A DNA stretch of 64,000 nucleotides from a candidate division FCPU426 bacterium. GTDB lineage: Bacteria; Oederibacteriota; Muellerivitia; Muellerivitales; Muellerivitaceae. The notes under the pieces are model-generated. The model was not told the origin of the DNA. It made no database searches and saw only the letters and a list, made by a program, of their open reading frames with translations. Shown here piece by piece: positions 31,883-40,154 of the stretch. The position numbers and the translations under genes were made by a program. Location of the stretch: the NCBI GenBank assembly GCA_963796105.1, contig CAWCKJ010000004.1, positions 224,001 through 288,000 on the forward strand, in the 5' to 3' direction. Every line of letters starts with the position of its first letter. Position 1 is the stretch's first letter.

Positions 31883-31997
31883 TTTGTCCTCAAAATATAT
31901 TGATTCAAGGGACTTATATAATTAACTTCCTTTTTTCTTTTTCCCTTATTTCTTGGGTTATACCGTTCACGACTCAATATTTTATTTGAATAGGAAG

Positions 31998-32573
31998 TCA
32001 AGTACCTAAATTCTTTTGACGTTCTATTAACTCTTTTTGATATTCAACGAAAGTTTGAAAGTCTTTAGGATCAACAGTCGGGGAAATTGGCTTATCTCGT
32101 TGTAGCTTTGTCTTTATAGTATTTATATTTTTTTTGATTACTTCCTTTAATTGATCGGGTGGGTCTCGAAATCGTCTTTTTGCTAATTCCCAATTTCTTT
32201 CAAATTCCTTTTTAAGGTCATCAGCATCTGACGTTCCGGGATAAGCTTTATCAAAATTTTTAACTACTTGTCCTTGCCATATATCCAACGTATCCCACAG
32301 CCAATATCCATAATCTTCTAGTTTGAAATTTAATAAAATTTTCGCATCATTTTCTAAACACACTTTAAATTGTTGGAGGGTAGAAAATTCTTTTTTGGTT
32401 TTGAAGAAAAAATAATGGCATACCATAATTAAACCGATAGCTATTCCAATAATTCCTATAGAATCAGATTGCGGTAGGTGTGTCAATCTTCCTACCCCTC
32501 CATAAATAAGCGCAAACGCAGAAACTAAATTCCAAGGATTTCGCATAGGAGGTATTATAAATAACAAACTCAT
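31998..32573 (-). CDS. Hypothetical protein, two N-terminal TM segments
   Basis: 191 aa ORF with a hydrophobic N-terminus and a charged C-terminus. Confidence 0.6.
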   Translation of the reverse strand: MSLLFIIPPMRNPWNLVSAFALIYGGVGRLTHLPQSDSIGIIGIAIGLIMVCHYFFFKTKKEFSTLQQFKVCLENDAKILLNFKLEDYGYWLWDTLDIWQGQVVKNFDKAYPGTSDADDLKKEFERNWELAKRRFRDPPDQLKEVIKKNINTIKTKLQRDKPISPTVDPKDFQTFVEYQKELIERQKNLGT

Positions 32574-32599
32574 TTGTGGAATTAACTATATAAGTTTCT

Positions 32600-32788
32600 T
32601 TATTCTAGGGTTTGGTCGGTTTTATCCTCAAAAATTATTTGTGCTTGAGTTCTTGAAGATAAAGAAACAGCTTTCAATCTATCTTTCAAAACTTCTCTTG
32701 AAATAATTTTGGCCAATATTCGAATGCCGGATTTTATACTCTCTTTTGATTCTTCATCAGATTCCATTTTAAACCTTAAGGTATTCAA
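32600..32788 (-). CDS. Small hypothetical protein
   Basis: 62 aa ORF overlapping the stop of the upstream gene. Confidence 0.4.
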   Translation of the reverse strand: MNTLRFKMESDEESKESIKSGIRILAKIISREVLKDRLKAVSLSSRTQAQIIFEDKTDQTLE

Positions 32789-33351
32789 TACAGGATAATT
32801 TGACTGCTCTCGAAACTTTTAGGCAATTTGCATGGGGCGTTGTGCATATAAATTTCGGTGCTATCTGCTGATTGAATAGAACTTAAATCTGTCATTGTTT
32901 GACATGTAATTGTAATTACCGCTGAGTTTGCAGAGCAGGGTAACGTATCCCCGCAATTAATCGTAAGGTTTGAAGAGTTTATAGAGCCTGAACAACTGGA
33001 AGGCCCTGCACAAGTTGTGGTAGGGGCGGAACATGCTGTGCCGGTTATGATGGAAACCGAAGAACTATTAAAACTTTGCGGTAAATGAGATGGAGCGGCG
33101 CAAGCAAAAATATCCGTACTATTAGCGGATTTAATTGAACTTAAATCCATTGGAGTTGAACAAGATAACGTGATTTCGGAGCTATTGGCCGATGAAGGAA
33201 GAGTAGCCCCACAAGGCAAGATAAACGAACTACTGTTTGCACTGGTTCCCCCCGTGGAAGGGGATGTAGCCGGTTTTGAAGTGCAAGACCAAACCAGCCA
33301 TGAGAAAACAGTAAGGCCTAATAAACCCAAAAACATTGTATTTTTTTTCAT
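32785..33351 (-). CDS. Cys/Ser-rich lipoprotein with internal duplication
   Basis: RBS GAGG and lipobox VWSC. Two copies of CGxTLPxSANSxxITxxCxTxxDLSSIxSAxSTxI...APxxLPxSFxSS. Confidence 0.7.
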   Translation of the reverse strand: MKKNTMFLGLLGLTVFSWLVWSCTSKPATSPSTGGTSANSSSFILPCGATLPSSANSSEITLSCSTPMDLSSIKSANSTDIFACAAPSHLPQSFNSSSVSIITGTACSAPTTTCAGPSSCSGSINSSNLTINCGDTLPCSANSAVITITCQTMTDLSSIQSADSTEIYMHNAPCKLPKSFESSQIILY

Positions 33352-33473
33352 AAACACACCTCTTTTAAAATTCAATCCGGACCAAAAACTTGTTTTGCCG
33401 TGGATTCAACTTATTTCACGACTTAATATATAGTTTATGTACTGAACTAGGAGTTTCAACTGTAATTTGTCCC

Positions 33474-33719
33474 ATGAAGGACAAATTCATCACCATTCAA
33501 TTGGGGAAAAATATTCGGGAATTAAGGCTTAAAAAGGGATTAACCCAAGAGCAATTGGCCGAATTAACCCAAATTCATTCGGTATATATGAGCAATATCG
33601 AGAACGGCTTACGAAATATTACTGTGATTAAAGCCTTTAAAATCGCTCAAGCGTTGGATTGCGACGTTTCGAAATTGTTCAAGGGGATTCCCCGTACACC
33701 TAAAAGCGCTTCAAAATAA
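33474..33719 (+). CDS. XRE-family HTH regulator
   Basis: LGKNIRELRLKKGLTQEQLAE...YMSNIENGLRN...IAQAL. Confidence 0.9.
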   Translation: MKDKFITIQLGKNIRELRLKKGLTQEQLAELTQIHSVYMSNIENGLRNITVIKAFKIAQALDCDVSKLFKGIPRTPKSASK

Positions 33720-33726
33720 ATTCCAC

Positions 33727-34160
33727 CAAACCCATAAACCCATTCTCAGAATCCATTCTTAGAATGCCATTCTTAGAATCCCAAACCCCTTGAGCAGGGT
33801 TTAAAAGCCATTATTTATGTGTTTATTAACCCATAAACCCATTCTTAAGAATCCATTCTTAAGAATCATTCTTAGAATGCCATTCTTAGAATCCACAAAC
33901 CCATTAGGCAGGGTATAAAAGCCATTATTTATGGGTTTTATTAACCCATAAACCCATTCTTAAGAATCCATTCTTAGAATCATTCTTAGAATCCATTCTC
34001 AGAATCAAAACCCATAACCCACAAACCCATTACCCATACCCATAAACCCTTTAGGTATGCCTAAAACCATGTTTTATGGGATATAACCCACCCCTAAACC
34101 CATACACACAAACCCATTACCCATAAACCCATAACCCATTTCCAAACCCATCGCCTTATG
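33727..34160. repeat. Nested repeat array: three ~110-120 bp units holding 11 ATTCT(T/C)(A)AGAAT palindromes plus AAACCCAT repeats
   Basis: Read directly. ATTCTTAAGAAT is a perfect palindrome. The spacer GCAGGGTWTAAAAGCCATTATTTATG occurs twice. Confidence 0.9.
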
Positions 34161-34280
34161 GGTTTTGTTTTCAATCTAAGAAACACTCTCAAAGACCAAT
34201 CCGGGGATTTTTTAATGGAAAAATCGAGGGCGGATTCAACGATTTGCGAACCTATTTTCAGGGGGTGTTTTTAGGTTTTC

Positions 34281-34457
34281 CTATTTCACTTTTTGCGGGG
34301 GAAGGGTAGCTTTGACGGTAGCCGGGTTTCGACGCATTGCCCCGGTCACCAGCAATTCTATCAACTGCTTGGAGAACTCATGGCCTTCTTCAGGGGCAAT
34401 CGGAACAAAGTTAATTTCCACGTAAAAAGGTCTTTTTTTATTATGCCCATTAGTCAT
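34281..34457 (-). CDS. Small protein divergent from the regulator-recombinase operon (possible directionality factor)
   Basis: 58 aa ORF MTNGH...VEINFVPI...LIELL. Function inferred from position only. Confidence 0.45.
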   Translation of the reverse strand: MTNGHNKKRPFYVEINFVPIAPEEGHEFSKQLIELLVTGAMRRNPATVKATLPPQKVK

Positions 34458-34537
34458 ATTCCGGAGTATAATCCGATTATGCCTTATGGTCAAGTATTCT
34501 GAAAAATAATTTCATCGTTTAAAAAAGGTAGGTGCTT

Positions 34538-35005
34538 ATGGCAATGACAGGTAAAAGGCTGGAGCCTCAAGTCTCTGAGGAGTTCGTCAAGCTATTTGAG
34601 GAACACCTGGAAAAGAACAAACTAACCTTGATGGAAGTGGCGGATAAGGTGGAAATGTCCCAAAGCTACCTTTCCAGGATTCTAAGCCGGGAAAGGGGCC
34701 TTCCATCGGATGAGAAAGTCCTGCAAATGGCAAAAGCCCTCAAGATCAATCCCCCTGAATCCCTCTTGATTGTGGCCGGAAGGATACCGGCCACTAAGGG
34801 GGAAACGGATTCAGCCAAGATTGACAAATGCATCGATAAAATCAACCAACTAGCCCAAGAATCCAAGGAAATCAAAGAGGCCGCCGAATCCAACGCCTTT
34901 ATAGCCAAAGTCCTGTTAGGCATTGCGGCACTTGCGGGGGTGATTCTTATAGCCATAGCGGCTATTACCCTAAAACGGAAAAAAGAGATAAAGAATGACG
35001 CCTGA
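34538..35005 (+). CDS. XRE-family HTH regulator with C-terminal TM helix
   Basis: LTLMEVADKVEMSQSYLSRILSRERGLPS HTH. C-terminal VLLGIAALAGVILIAIAAITL-KRKK. Overlaps the recombinase start. Confidence 0.8.
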   Translation: MAMTGKRLEPQVSEEFVKLFEEHLEKNKLTLMEVADKVEMSQSYLSRILSRERGLPSDEKVLQMAKALKINPPESLLIVAGRIPATKGETDSAKIDKCIDKINQLAQESKEIKEAAESNAFIAKVLLGIAALAGVILIAIAAITLKRKKEIKNDA

Positions 35006-36818
35006 AAAGGTTAAATGCGGCCTATACGTCAGGGTATCAAGCCAGAACCAATTAAGCCCGGAATATAACTCTCTGGCAAGCCAAAGGGAGAAATTAGAGG
35101 CCTACTGCAAGAGCCAGGAAGGCTTTGAAATCTACCGGGTTTATGAGGATGGGGCTTTTTCGGCTGACAGCATGGAAAGGCCGCAATTGCAAGCCATGTT
35201 GACCGATATTCGTTTTGGGAAAATCAACTGCGTTTTAGTTTACAAGATTGACCGGCTCACCCGTTCGGTTAAGGACTTTAATACCCTTCTGGAAATATTC
35301 GAAAAGTACAAGGTCAAATTCGTTTCAATCACCCAAAGCTTAGACACTACCAGCCCGTCAGGGCGCTTGATGCGAAATATCATTGTGGACTTCAGCCAAT
35401 ACGAAAGGGAGATGACTTCCGACCGCACCAAGGACAAGATGCACCAAAGGGCGGAAAAAGGAATGTGGAACGGGGGAGTTGTGCCTTTTGGGTACAAAAA
35501 CGAAAACAAGAAGCTTGTCATTCATCCCAACGAATCCCCCATAGTTCAATTCATGTTCCGTCAATTCTCACAAGAGCCTTCCCTTGCCAAGCTAAGGGAA
35601 AAACTAAGGCTTAGGGGATATATGAACCGTGCCGGGAAGGAATGGGACAAAACCGCAATCATGCATATTCTTAAAAATCCGGTTTATTGCGGGAAAATCC
35701 GTATTGGTGAACAAATCTATAAAGGGCTTCACGAATCAATAGTTGAGGAAGCCCTATTCTTGCGGATCGAGAGATTAACACCCGACCGCACACACCCCAA
35801 AACCAAAATTGAAAGGCCGTTTCTGTTAAAGGGGTTGATTAGATGTTCCTATTGCGGTTCCTACATGACGCCCCATTACACCTTGAAGCACAGGAAAGAC
35901 GGCTCAACCCATGCGGTTTGTTATTACCGATGCACCAAGACAACCCATTTCAATAATCAATCCTGCAAGATCAGGCACATCAACGCCGAATTTGCGGAAA
36001 ATTGGGTCATAAGTTCCTTAACCCAAGTTACCTACAATGACGTTTATTTAGAAACCACTATCGAGGAAATAAACAAGAACCTACTTGGAAAAACGAATGA
36101 TTTGGAAAAGGAAGTGGATAACTTCAAGAAGAGTTTAGAAGAAGTAGAAAGCAAGATAGACCGCTATGTGAAGGCAATAGGGGAAGGAACCACTACCGCT
36201 AAACTCATAGAAAAAGAAATCAAAGTCCTAACGGATGATAAAAGAAAACTGGAAATCCAGTATGAAGCGGCCCAAGTGGACTTTAACAGCCAAGCAATGG
36301 CCGCTTTCGACGTTCAATTGATAAAAGAGAGTTTGAAAAGTTTCCGTGACAGCTTTGGGGCTCTTACGACCGAGGAAAAGGCGCAAACTCTACAGAAGTT
36401 TCTCAAGACCATCTTGGTTTATCCTGAAAAGATGTCCCTTGATGTCTATGAATTACCCACCTTTTCCGTCGGTTCGCAAAAGCGTTTGAAATGGCTCCCC
36501 GTGCTGGACTCGAACCGGGCACAATCGTCTTTGATGCCAATATTTTACCGTTCTGGAATAAAAGGCGGGAATTCTTTGGAAAACCGCTTTTCACCACAGG
36601 GACTCAGAGACTCAGCCAAAATCCCAGTTTATTGGCATAAATTCGGCTTATGCCAGCAGGAGACCCGGCCTTTCCGACAGGCCTTTCGACAGTCAAGCTG
36701 TCCATTCCGACAGAAACCTGGCCTTTCCGACAGGGCGCCCGATAGGCAGACCGCCCATTCCGACAGGAGCCCGGCCTTTCCGACAGGGCGTCCTGGGACC
36801 TTGGAACTCTGGAACTAG
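34995..36818 (+). CDS. Large serine recombinase (integrase); last ~105 aa are read-through beyond the att core
   Basis: YVRVSS catalytic motif, RPQLQ, KIDRLTRS, VPFGY, LKNPVYCG, LKGLIRCSYCG and YYRC Zn ribbon, coiled coil. The frame crosses the core at WLP (36492-36500). Confidence 0.95.
   Translation: MTPEKVKCGLYVRVSSQNQLSPEYNSLASQREKLEAYCKSQEGFEIYRVYEDGAFSADSMERPQLQAMLTDIRFGKINCVLVYKIDRLTRSVKDFNTLLEIFEKYKVKFVSITQSLDTTSPSGRLMRNIIVDFSQYEREMTSDRTKDKMHQRAEKGMWNGGVVPFGYKNENKKLVIHPNESPIVQFMFRQFSQEPSLAKLREKLRLRGYMNRAGKEWDKTAIMHILKNPVYCGKIRIGEQIYKGLHESIVEEALFLRIERLTPDRTHPKTKIERPFLLKGLIRCSYCGSYMTPHYTLKHRKDGSTHAVCYYRCTKTTHFNNQSCKIRHINAEFAENWVISSLTQVTYNDVYLETTIEEINKNLLGKTNDLEKEVDNFKKSLEEVESKIDRYVKAIGEGTTTAKLIEKEIKVLTDDKRKLEIQYEAAQVDFNSQAMAAFDVQLIKESLKSFRDSFGALTTEEKAQTLQKFLKTILVYPEKMSLDVYELPTFSVGSQKRLKWLPVLDSNRAQSSLMPIFYRSGIKGGNSLENRFSPQGLRDSAKIPVYWHKFGLCQQETRPFRQAFRQSSCPFRQKPGLSDRAPDRQTAHSDRSPAFPTGRPGTLELWN
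36471..36518 (+). other. Right attachment junction; host side resembles a tRNA 3' end on the minus strand
   Basis: GGTTCGCAAAAGCGTTTGAAAT-GGCTCCCCG-TGCTGGACTCGAACC. Minus strand reads GGTTCGAGTCCAGCACGGGGAGCCA (T-loop + acceptor 3' strand + CCA). Confidence 0.75.
36660..36790. repeat. Short repeats of (GGCCT)TTCCGACAG
   Basis: About 6 copies of TT(C)CGACAG at irregular spacing. Confidence 0.8.
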
Positions 36819-37134
36819 CCTGGAACCACTGAAACTCGGGATTTCTGGAACTTTGGAACTTCTGGAACTGGCCTGGAACCACCAAATTCGGGATTCCTGG
36901 AACTCTGGAACTCTGGAACTTCTGGAACTGGCCTGGAACCACCAAATTCGGGATTCCTGGAACTCTGGAACTGTCATTGGCCACGAGCTTTAACCCCCTA
37001 GCTGGCCAAGCACTTTGACCCCACCTCTGGCCAGTCACTTTGACCCCCTGTCTGGCCACCGACTTTGACCCCCTTGCCAAGGGCCTCTCTAACCGTCATT
37101 CCTTTCTCTTTTCACTTCATGTGAGGAGAACGGC

Positions 37135-38691
37135 ATGACCCGACAAGGGAGGCAGAGCGACATGACGACTATTCGTGAGATTTTGAGGACTTACCAGGCC
37201 TTGGGCGGGTTCAAACCCACTGCCCGGGCCCTGGGATGCAATAAGCACACGGTCAAGCAATACGTGCGTTGGGCGAAAGAACATGGCTTTCTCCAAGGGG
37301 AACTTCCCCTGGAAAAGGATTTGGCGAAGGCTTGGGAAGACGGCGAAAAATCCACGCCCGTTCCCGCTCATGCCTTGGAGGCCCTCAAGGGAATCATCCA
37401 AGAATGGTTGAAGGAAGATTTCACCTTGATTCGCATCCAGGAGATGCTTCAAGAGCGGCACGGGTGGAAGGGGAGTTACTCGACCCTGAAGAGGTATACG
37501 GAGCCTTTTCGCAATGAGAAACCCGCCTACGTGAGGCTGGAGGTTGCGCCCGGCGAGGAGGCCCAAGTGGATTTCGGGCTTTTGGGCCGCTTGTGGGACG
37601 AGACGCGTGGCAAGCAAGCCAAGGCCTGGGTTTTCGTGATGACCCTTTCCCATTCCCGGCATATGTACGCCGAGATTGTATTCGCACAGGACGTGAGAAC
37701 CTGGATCGCCTGCCACCGCCGGGCTTTCGAGTTCTTCAATTCAGTCCCTAAAAAAATCGTAATCGATAACCTGAAAAGCGCCATCGTCAAGGCGGCCCTC
37801 TATGATCCCTTGGCCAACCGTACCTACGTGGAATGCGCCAACCATTACGGCTTCATCATCTCCCCTTGCCGCGTCGCCACTCCACGCCACAAGGGTAAAG
37901 TTGAACGCGGCGTGCCCTATGTCCGTAATTCCTTCTTCAAGGGTCGTTCCTTCCAGGGCCGCACCGATGCCAACCATCAACTCCGCGATTGGGTGATGAA
38001 CAAGGCAGGTTTACGGGATCATGGCACCACCCGGCTTCAACCCTTGGCCGTCTTCCAGAGCGTGGAACAGAAGGCCCTTTTGCCCCTGCCTACCGCGGCT
38101 TACCATCCAACTTTCTTCAAAGAAGCCACTCTGCACCCCGATTGCCACGTAGTCGTGGAAGGTTCCTATTACTCGGCTCCCTACCGTCTTCGGGGCCAAA
38201 AACTACTGGCCCAATTAACCGACACCACCGTTGATATATTTCTCAAACACGAATGCGTGGCTTCCCACGCCAAGGCCACACGCAAGGGAACCTGGCGCAC
38301 CAACCCGGGCCACTATCCCCCTGAAAAAGCGGTCTTCTTGGAACGAACCCCACAATGGTGCCTCAAACAGGCCCAGGCCATTGGACCTAATACCCATCAA
38401 TTAATCCAACTCCTGCTGGAACACTCCCACCCCCTGGACCACCTGCGCAAAGCCCAGGGCATTCTGCGCTTGAGGGAAAAGTACCTGCCTTCCCGTCTGG
38501 AGGCAGCCTGTCTAAGGGCCCTCCATTTCGGAAACTACACGTACCAATCCATCAAAAACATCCTTCAAAAGAACCTCGATCAAAACCCGTTGGACCCGCC
38601 GTCGGATCCTTCACTCAAACCCCAGTCGTCTTTCGATTTCGCCCGGCCCGCGGAGGATTTCCTCCGTGCCTTGGCTCTGGATAAAAATTGA
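37135..38691 (+). CDS. istA: IS21 transposase
   Basis: PGEEAQVDFG, LSHSR, IDNLKSAI, KGKVERGV DDE motifs, YSAP. Confidence 0.95.
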   Translation: MTRQGRQSDMTTIREILRTYQALGGFKPTARALGCNKHTVKQYVRWAKEHGFLQGELPLEKDLAKAWEDGEKSTPVPAHALEALKGIIQEWLKEDFTLIRIQEMLQERHGWKGSYSTLKRYTEPFRNEKPAYVRLEVAPGEEAQVDFGLLGRLWDETRGKQAKAWVFVMTLSHSRHMYAEIVFAQDVRTWIACHRRAFEFFNSVPKKIVIDNLKSAIVKAALYDPLANRTYVECANHYGFIISPCRVATPRHKGKVERGVPYVRNSFFKGRSFQGRTDANHQLRDWVMNKAGLRDHGTTRLQPLAVFQSVEQKALLPLPTAAYHPTFFKEATLHPDCHVVVEGSYYSAPYRLRGQKLLAQLTDTTVDIFLKHECVASHAKATRKGTWRTNPGHYPPEKAVFLERTPQWCLKQAQAIGPNTHQLIQLLLEHSHPLDHLRKAQGILRLREKYLPSRLEAACLRALHFGNYTYQSIKNILQKNLDQNPLDPPSDPSLKPQSSFDFARPAEDFLRALALDKN

Positions 38692-38704
38692 GGAGGAAAC
38701 ATAT

Positions 38705-39484
38705 ATGGAAAATAAACATCAGTTGGAGCCGCACCTGAGAAGGTTAAAACTCGCAGGAATGTTGGAGACGCTGGAAATCCGAAACCAGCAGGCCATTGAA
38801 TCCCAGATCGGTTATATGGATTTCCTGGGCCAGTTGCTGTTGGATGAGCTGGAGCGCCGCCAAGTGGGCCAACTCCAAAGAAGGCTGAAAAAGGCGGGCT
38901 TCTCAACCCATATGACTCTAACGGGGTTCGATTTCGCCTTCAACCCGGCCATCAACCGGCAACAAATCCTGGATTTGGGTACTTGTTCTTTCGTGGAGCG
39001 AAAAGAGAACCTATTTTTCATCGGTCCCTCAGGTGTGGGCAAAACCCATTTGGCCTGCGCTTTGGCCCATGAAGTCTGCCGCAAGGGTTATGAGGTACTC
39101 TTTATCAAGACCTCGCATGCGGCCCAACGATTAGCGGCCTCGCGCGGGGACGGTACCTGGGAAAACCGATTCGCATCCTTCCTGAAACCCGACCTCTTGA
39201 TCCTGGACGACTGGGGTCTCAAGCCCTTCGACACCAAGGTCGCCGAGGATTTTTACGACATCATCTGTGAGCGTTATGAAAAGGGCTCCTTGATTTTTAC
39301 CACCAACCGCAGTCTGCGGGAGTGGCCGGAGCTTTTCGGCGACGCCCTCCTAGCCTCGGCTGCCATGGACCGCCTGGTCCACCATGCCACTGCCGTCGTC
39401 ATTCAGGGCCCTTCCTTTCGGACCCGTTCCATGCGCGAAGAAATGAAAAAAGAACACAGCAGGGAAAAAGAGGCAAAACTATGA
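38705..39484 (+). CDS. istB: IS21 helper ATPase
   Basis: GPSGVGKTHLA Walker A, LLILDDWG Walker B, TTN, AMDRLVHHA, GPSFR. RBS GAGGAGG. Confidence 0.95.
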   Translation: MENKHQLEPHLRRLKLAGMLETLEIRNQQAIESQIGYMDFLGQLLLDELERRQVGQLQRRLKKAGFSTHMTLTGFDFAFNPAINRQQILDLGTCSFVERKENLFFIGPSGVGKTHLACALAHEVCRKGYEVLFIKTSHAAQRLAASRGDGTWENRFASFLKPDLLILDDWGLKPFDTKVAEDFYDIICERYEKGSLIFTTNRSLREWPELFGDALLASAAMDRLVHHATAVVIQGPSFRTRSMREEMKKEHSREKEAKL

Positions 39485-40154
39485 GAAACCCATCGTTCGA
39501 TGCTGTCTTATTCGTGCAATCTTGCGCCTATTGGTTACGGGATTTGCGCGGGACTTCGTATCATCCAATGTTGGGGAAGCAAAACGCATCTTGTGAAAGG
39601 AGTTTGATGGGTCTAAATTAATCTAAAAAAAAGGCCCCGCAAGGCAGGGGTCGAAGTCCCCGAAACAGGCACCCCTCGAAGTGCCCAAAAGAGGGGGGGC
39701 AAAGTAGGCGGCCAGGGGGGTCAAAGTGACTGGCCAGTGACAGGAACTTCTGGAACTAGCCTGGAACCACCAAATTCGGGATTCCTGGAACTTCTGGAAC
39801 TGGCCTAGAACCACCAAATTCGGGATTCCTGGAACTCTGGAACTTCTGGAACTGGCCTGGAACCACCAAATTCGGGATTCCTGGAACTCTGGAACTTCTG
39901 GAACTGGCTTGGAACCACCAAATTCGGGATTCCTGGAACTCTGGAACTTCTGGAACTGGCCTAGAACCACCAAATTCGGGATTCCTGGAACTCTGGAACT
40001 GGCCTGGAACCACCAAATTCGGGATTCCTGGAACTCTGGAACTTCTGGAACTGGCCTGGAACCATTGGAACTCGAGAATCCGGGAACCTTGGAACTCTGG
40101 AACTGGCAGGGAACCACGGGAACTCGGGAACTGGCCTCTTGGACAGCTTTTTCC

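Larger units (their letters stand above)
28317..36501. mobile_element. Integrated ~8.2 kb element mobilised by a large serine recombinase
   Basis: Sharp drop in GC content. Direct repeat GGCTCCCCG at 28317-28325 and 36493-36501. Inner arms form an imperfect inverted repeat. Recombinase sits at the right end. Confidence 0.85.
36972..39742 (+). mobile_element. IS21-family insertion sequence, complete
   Basis: Ends TGTCATTGGCCA...TGGCCAGTGACA. Multiple subterminal GGCCAnnnACTTTGACCCCCT repeats. 5-bp target duplication GGAAC (36967-36971 and 39743-39747). istA and istB inside. Confidence 0.95.
36800..40135. repeat. 52-bp GGAAC-rich tandem array, split by the IS21 element (36800-36971 and 39743-40135)
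   Basis: Unit CTGGAACCACCAAATTCGGGATTCCTGGAACTCTGGAACTTCTGGAACTGGC. Eight copies of ACCACCAAATTCGGGATTCC plus degenerate end units. Confidence 0.92.

Noticed and set aside
31912..32595. Inverted 14-mer ACTTATATARTTAA flanking gene 31998-32573
   Set aside because: Short and in very AT-rich DNA, so chance cannot be excluded.
33727..34160. CRISPR interpretation of the palindrome array
   Set aside because: The intervening sequences are themselves repeated and the spacing is irregular.
36492..36570. Functional tRNA gene
   Set aside because: Only the 3' ~25 nt fit; the T-stem, anticodon arm and acceptor pairing are broken.
36800..40135. CRISPR array interpretation of the 52-bp repeats
   Set aside because: No unique spacers and no cas genes; the units are contiguous tandem copies.
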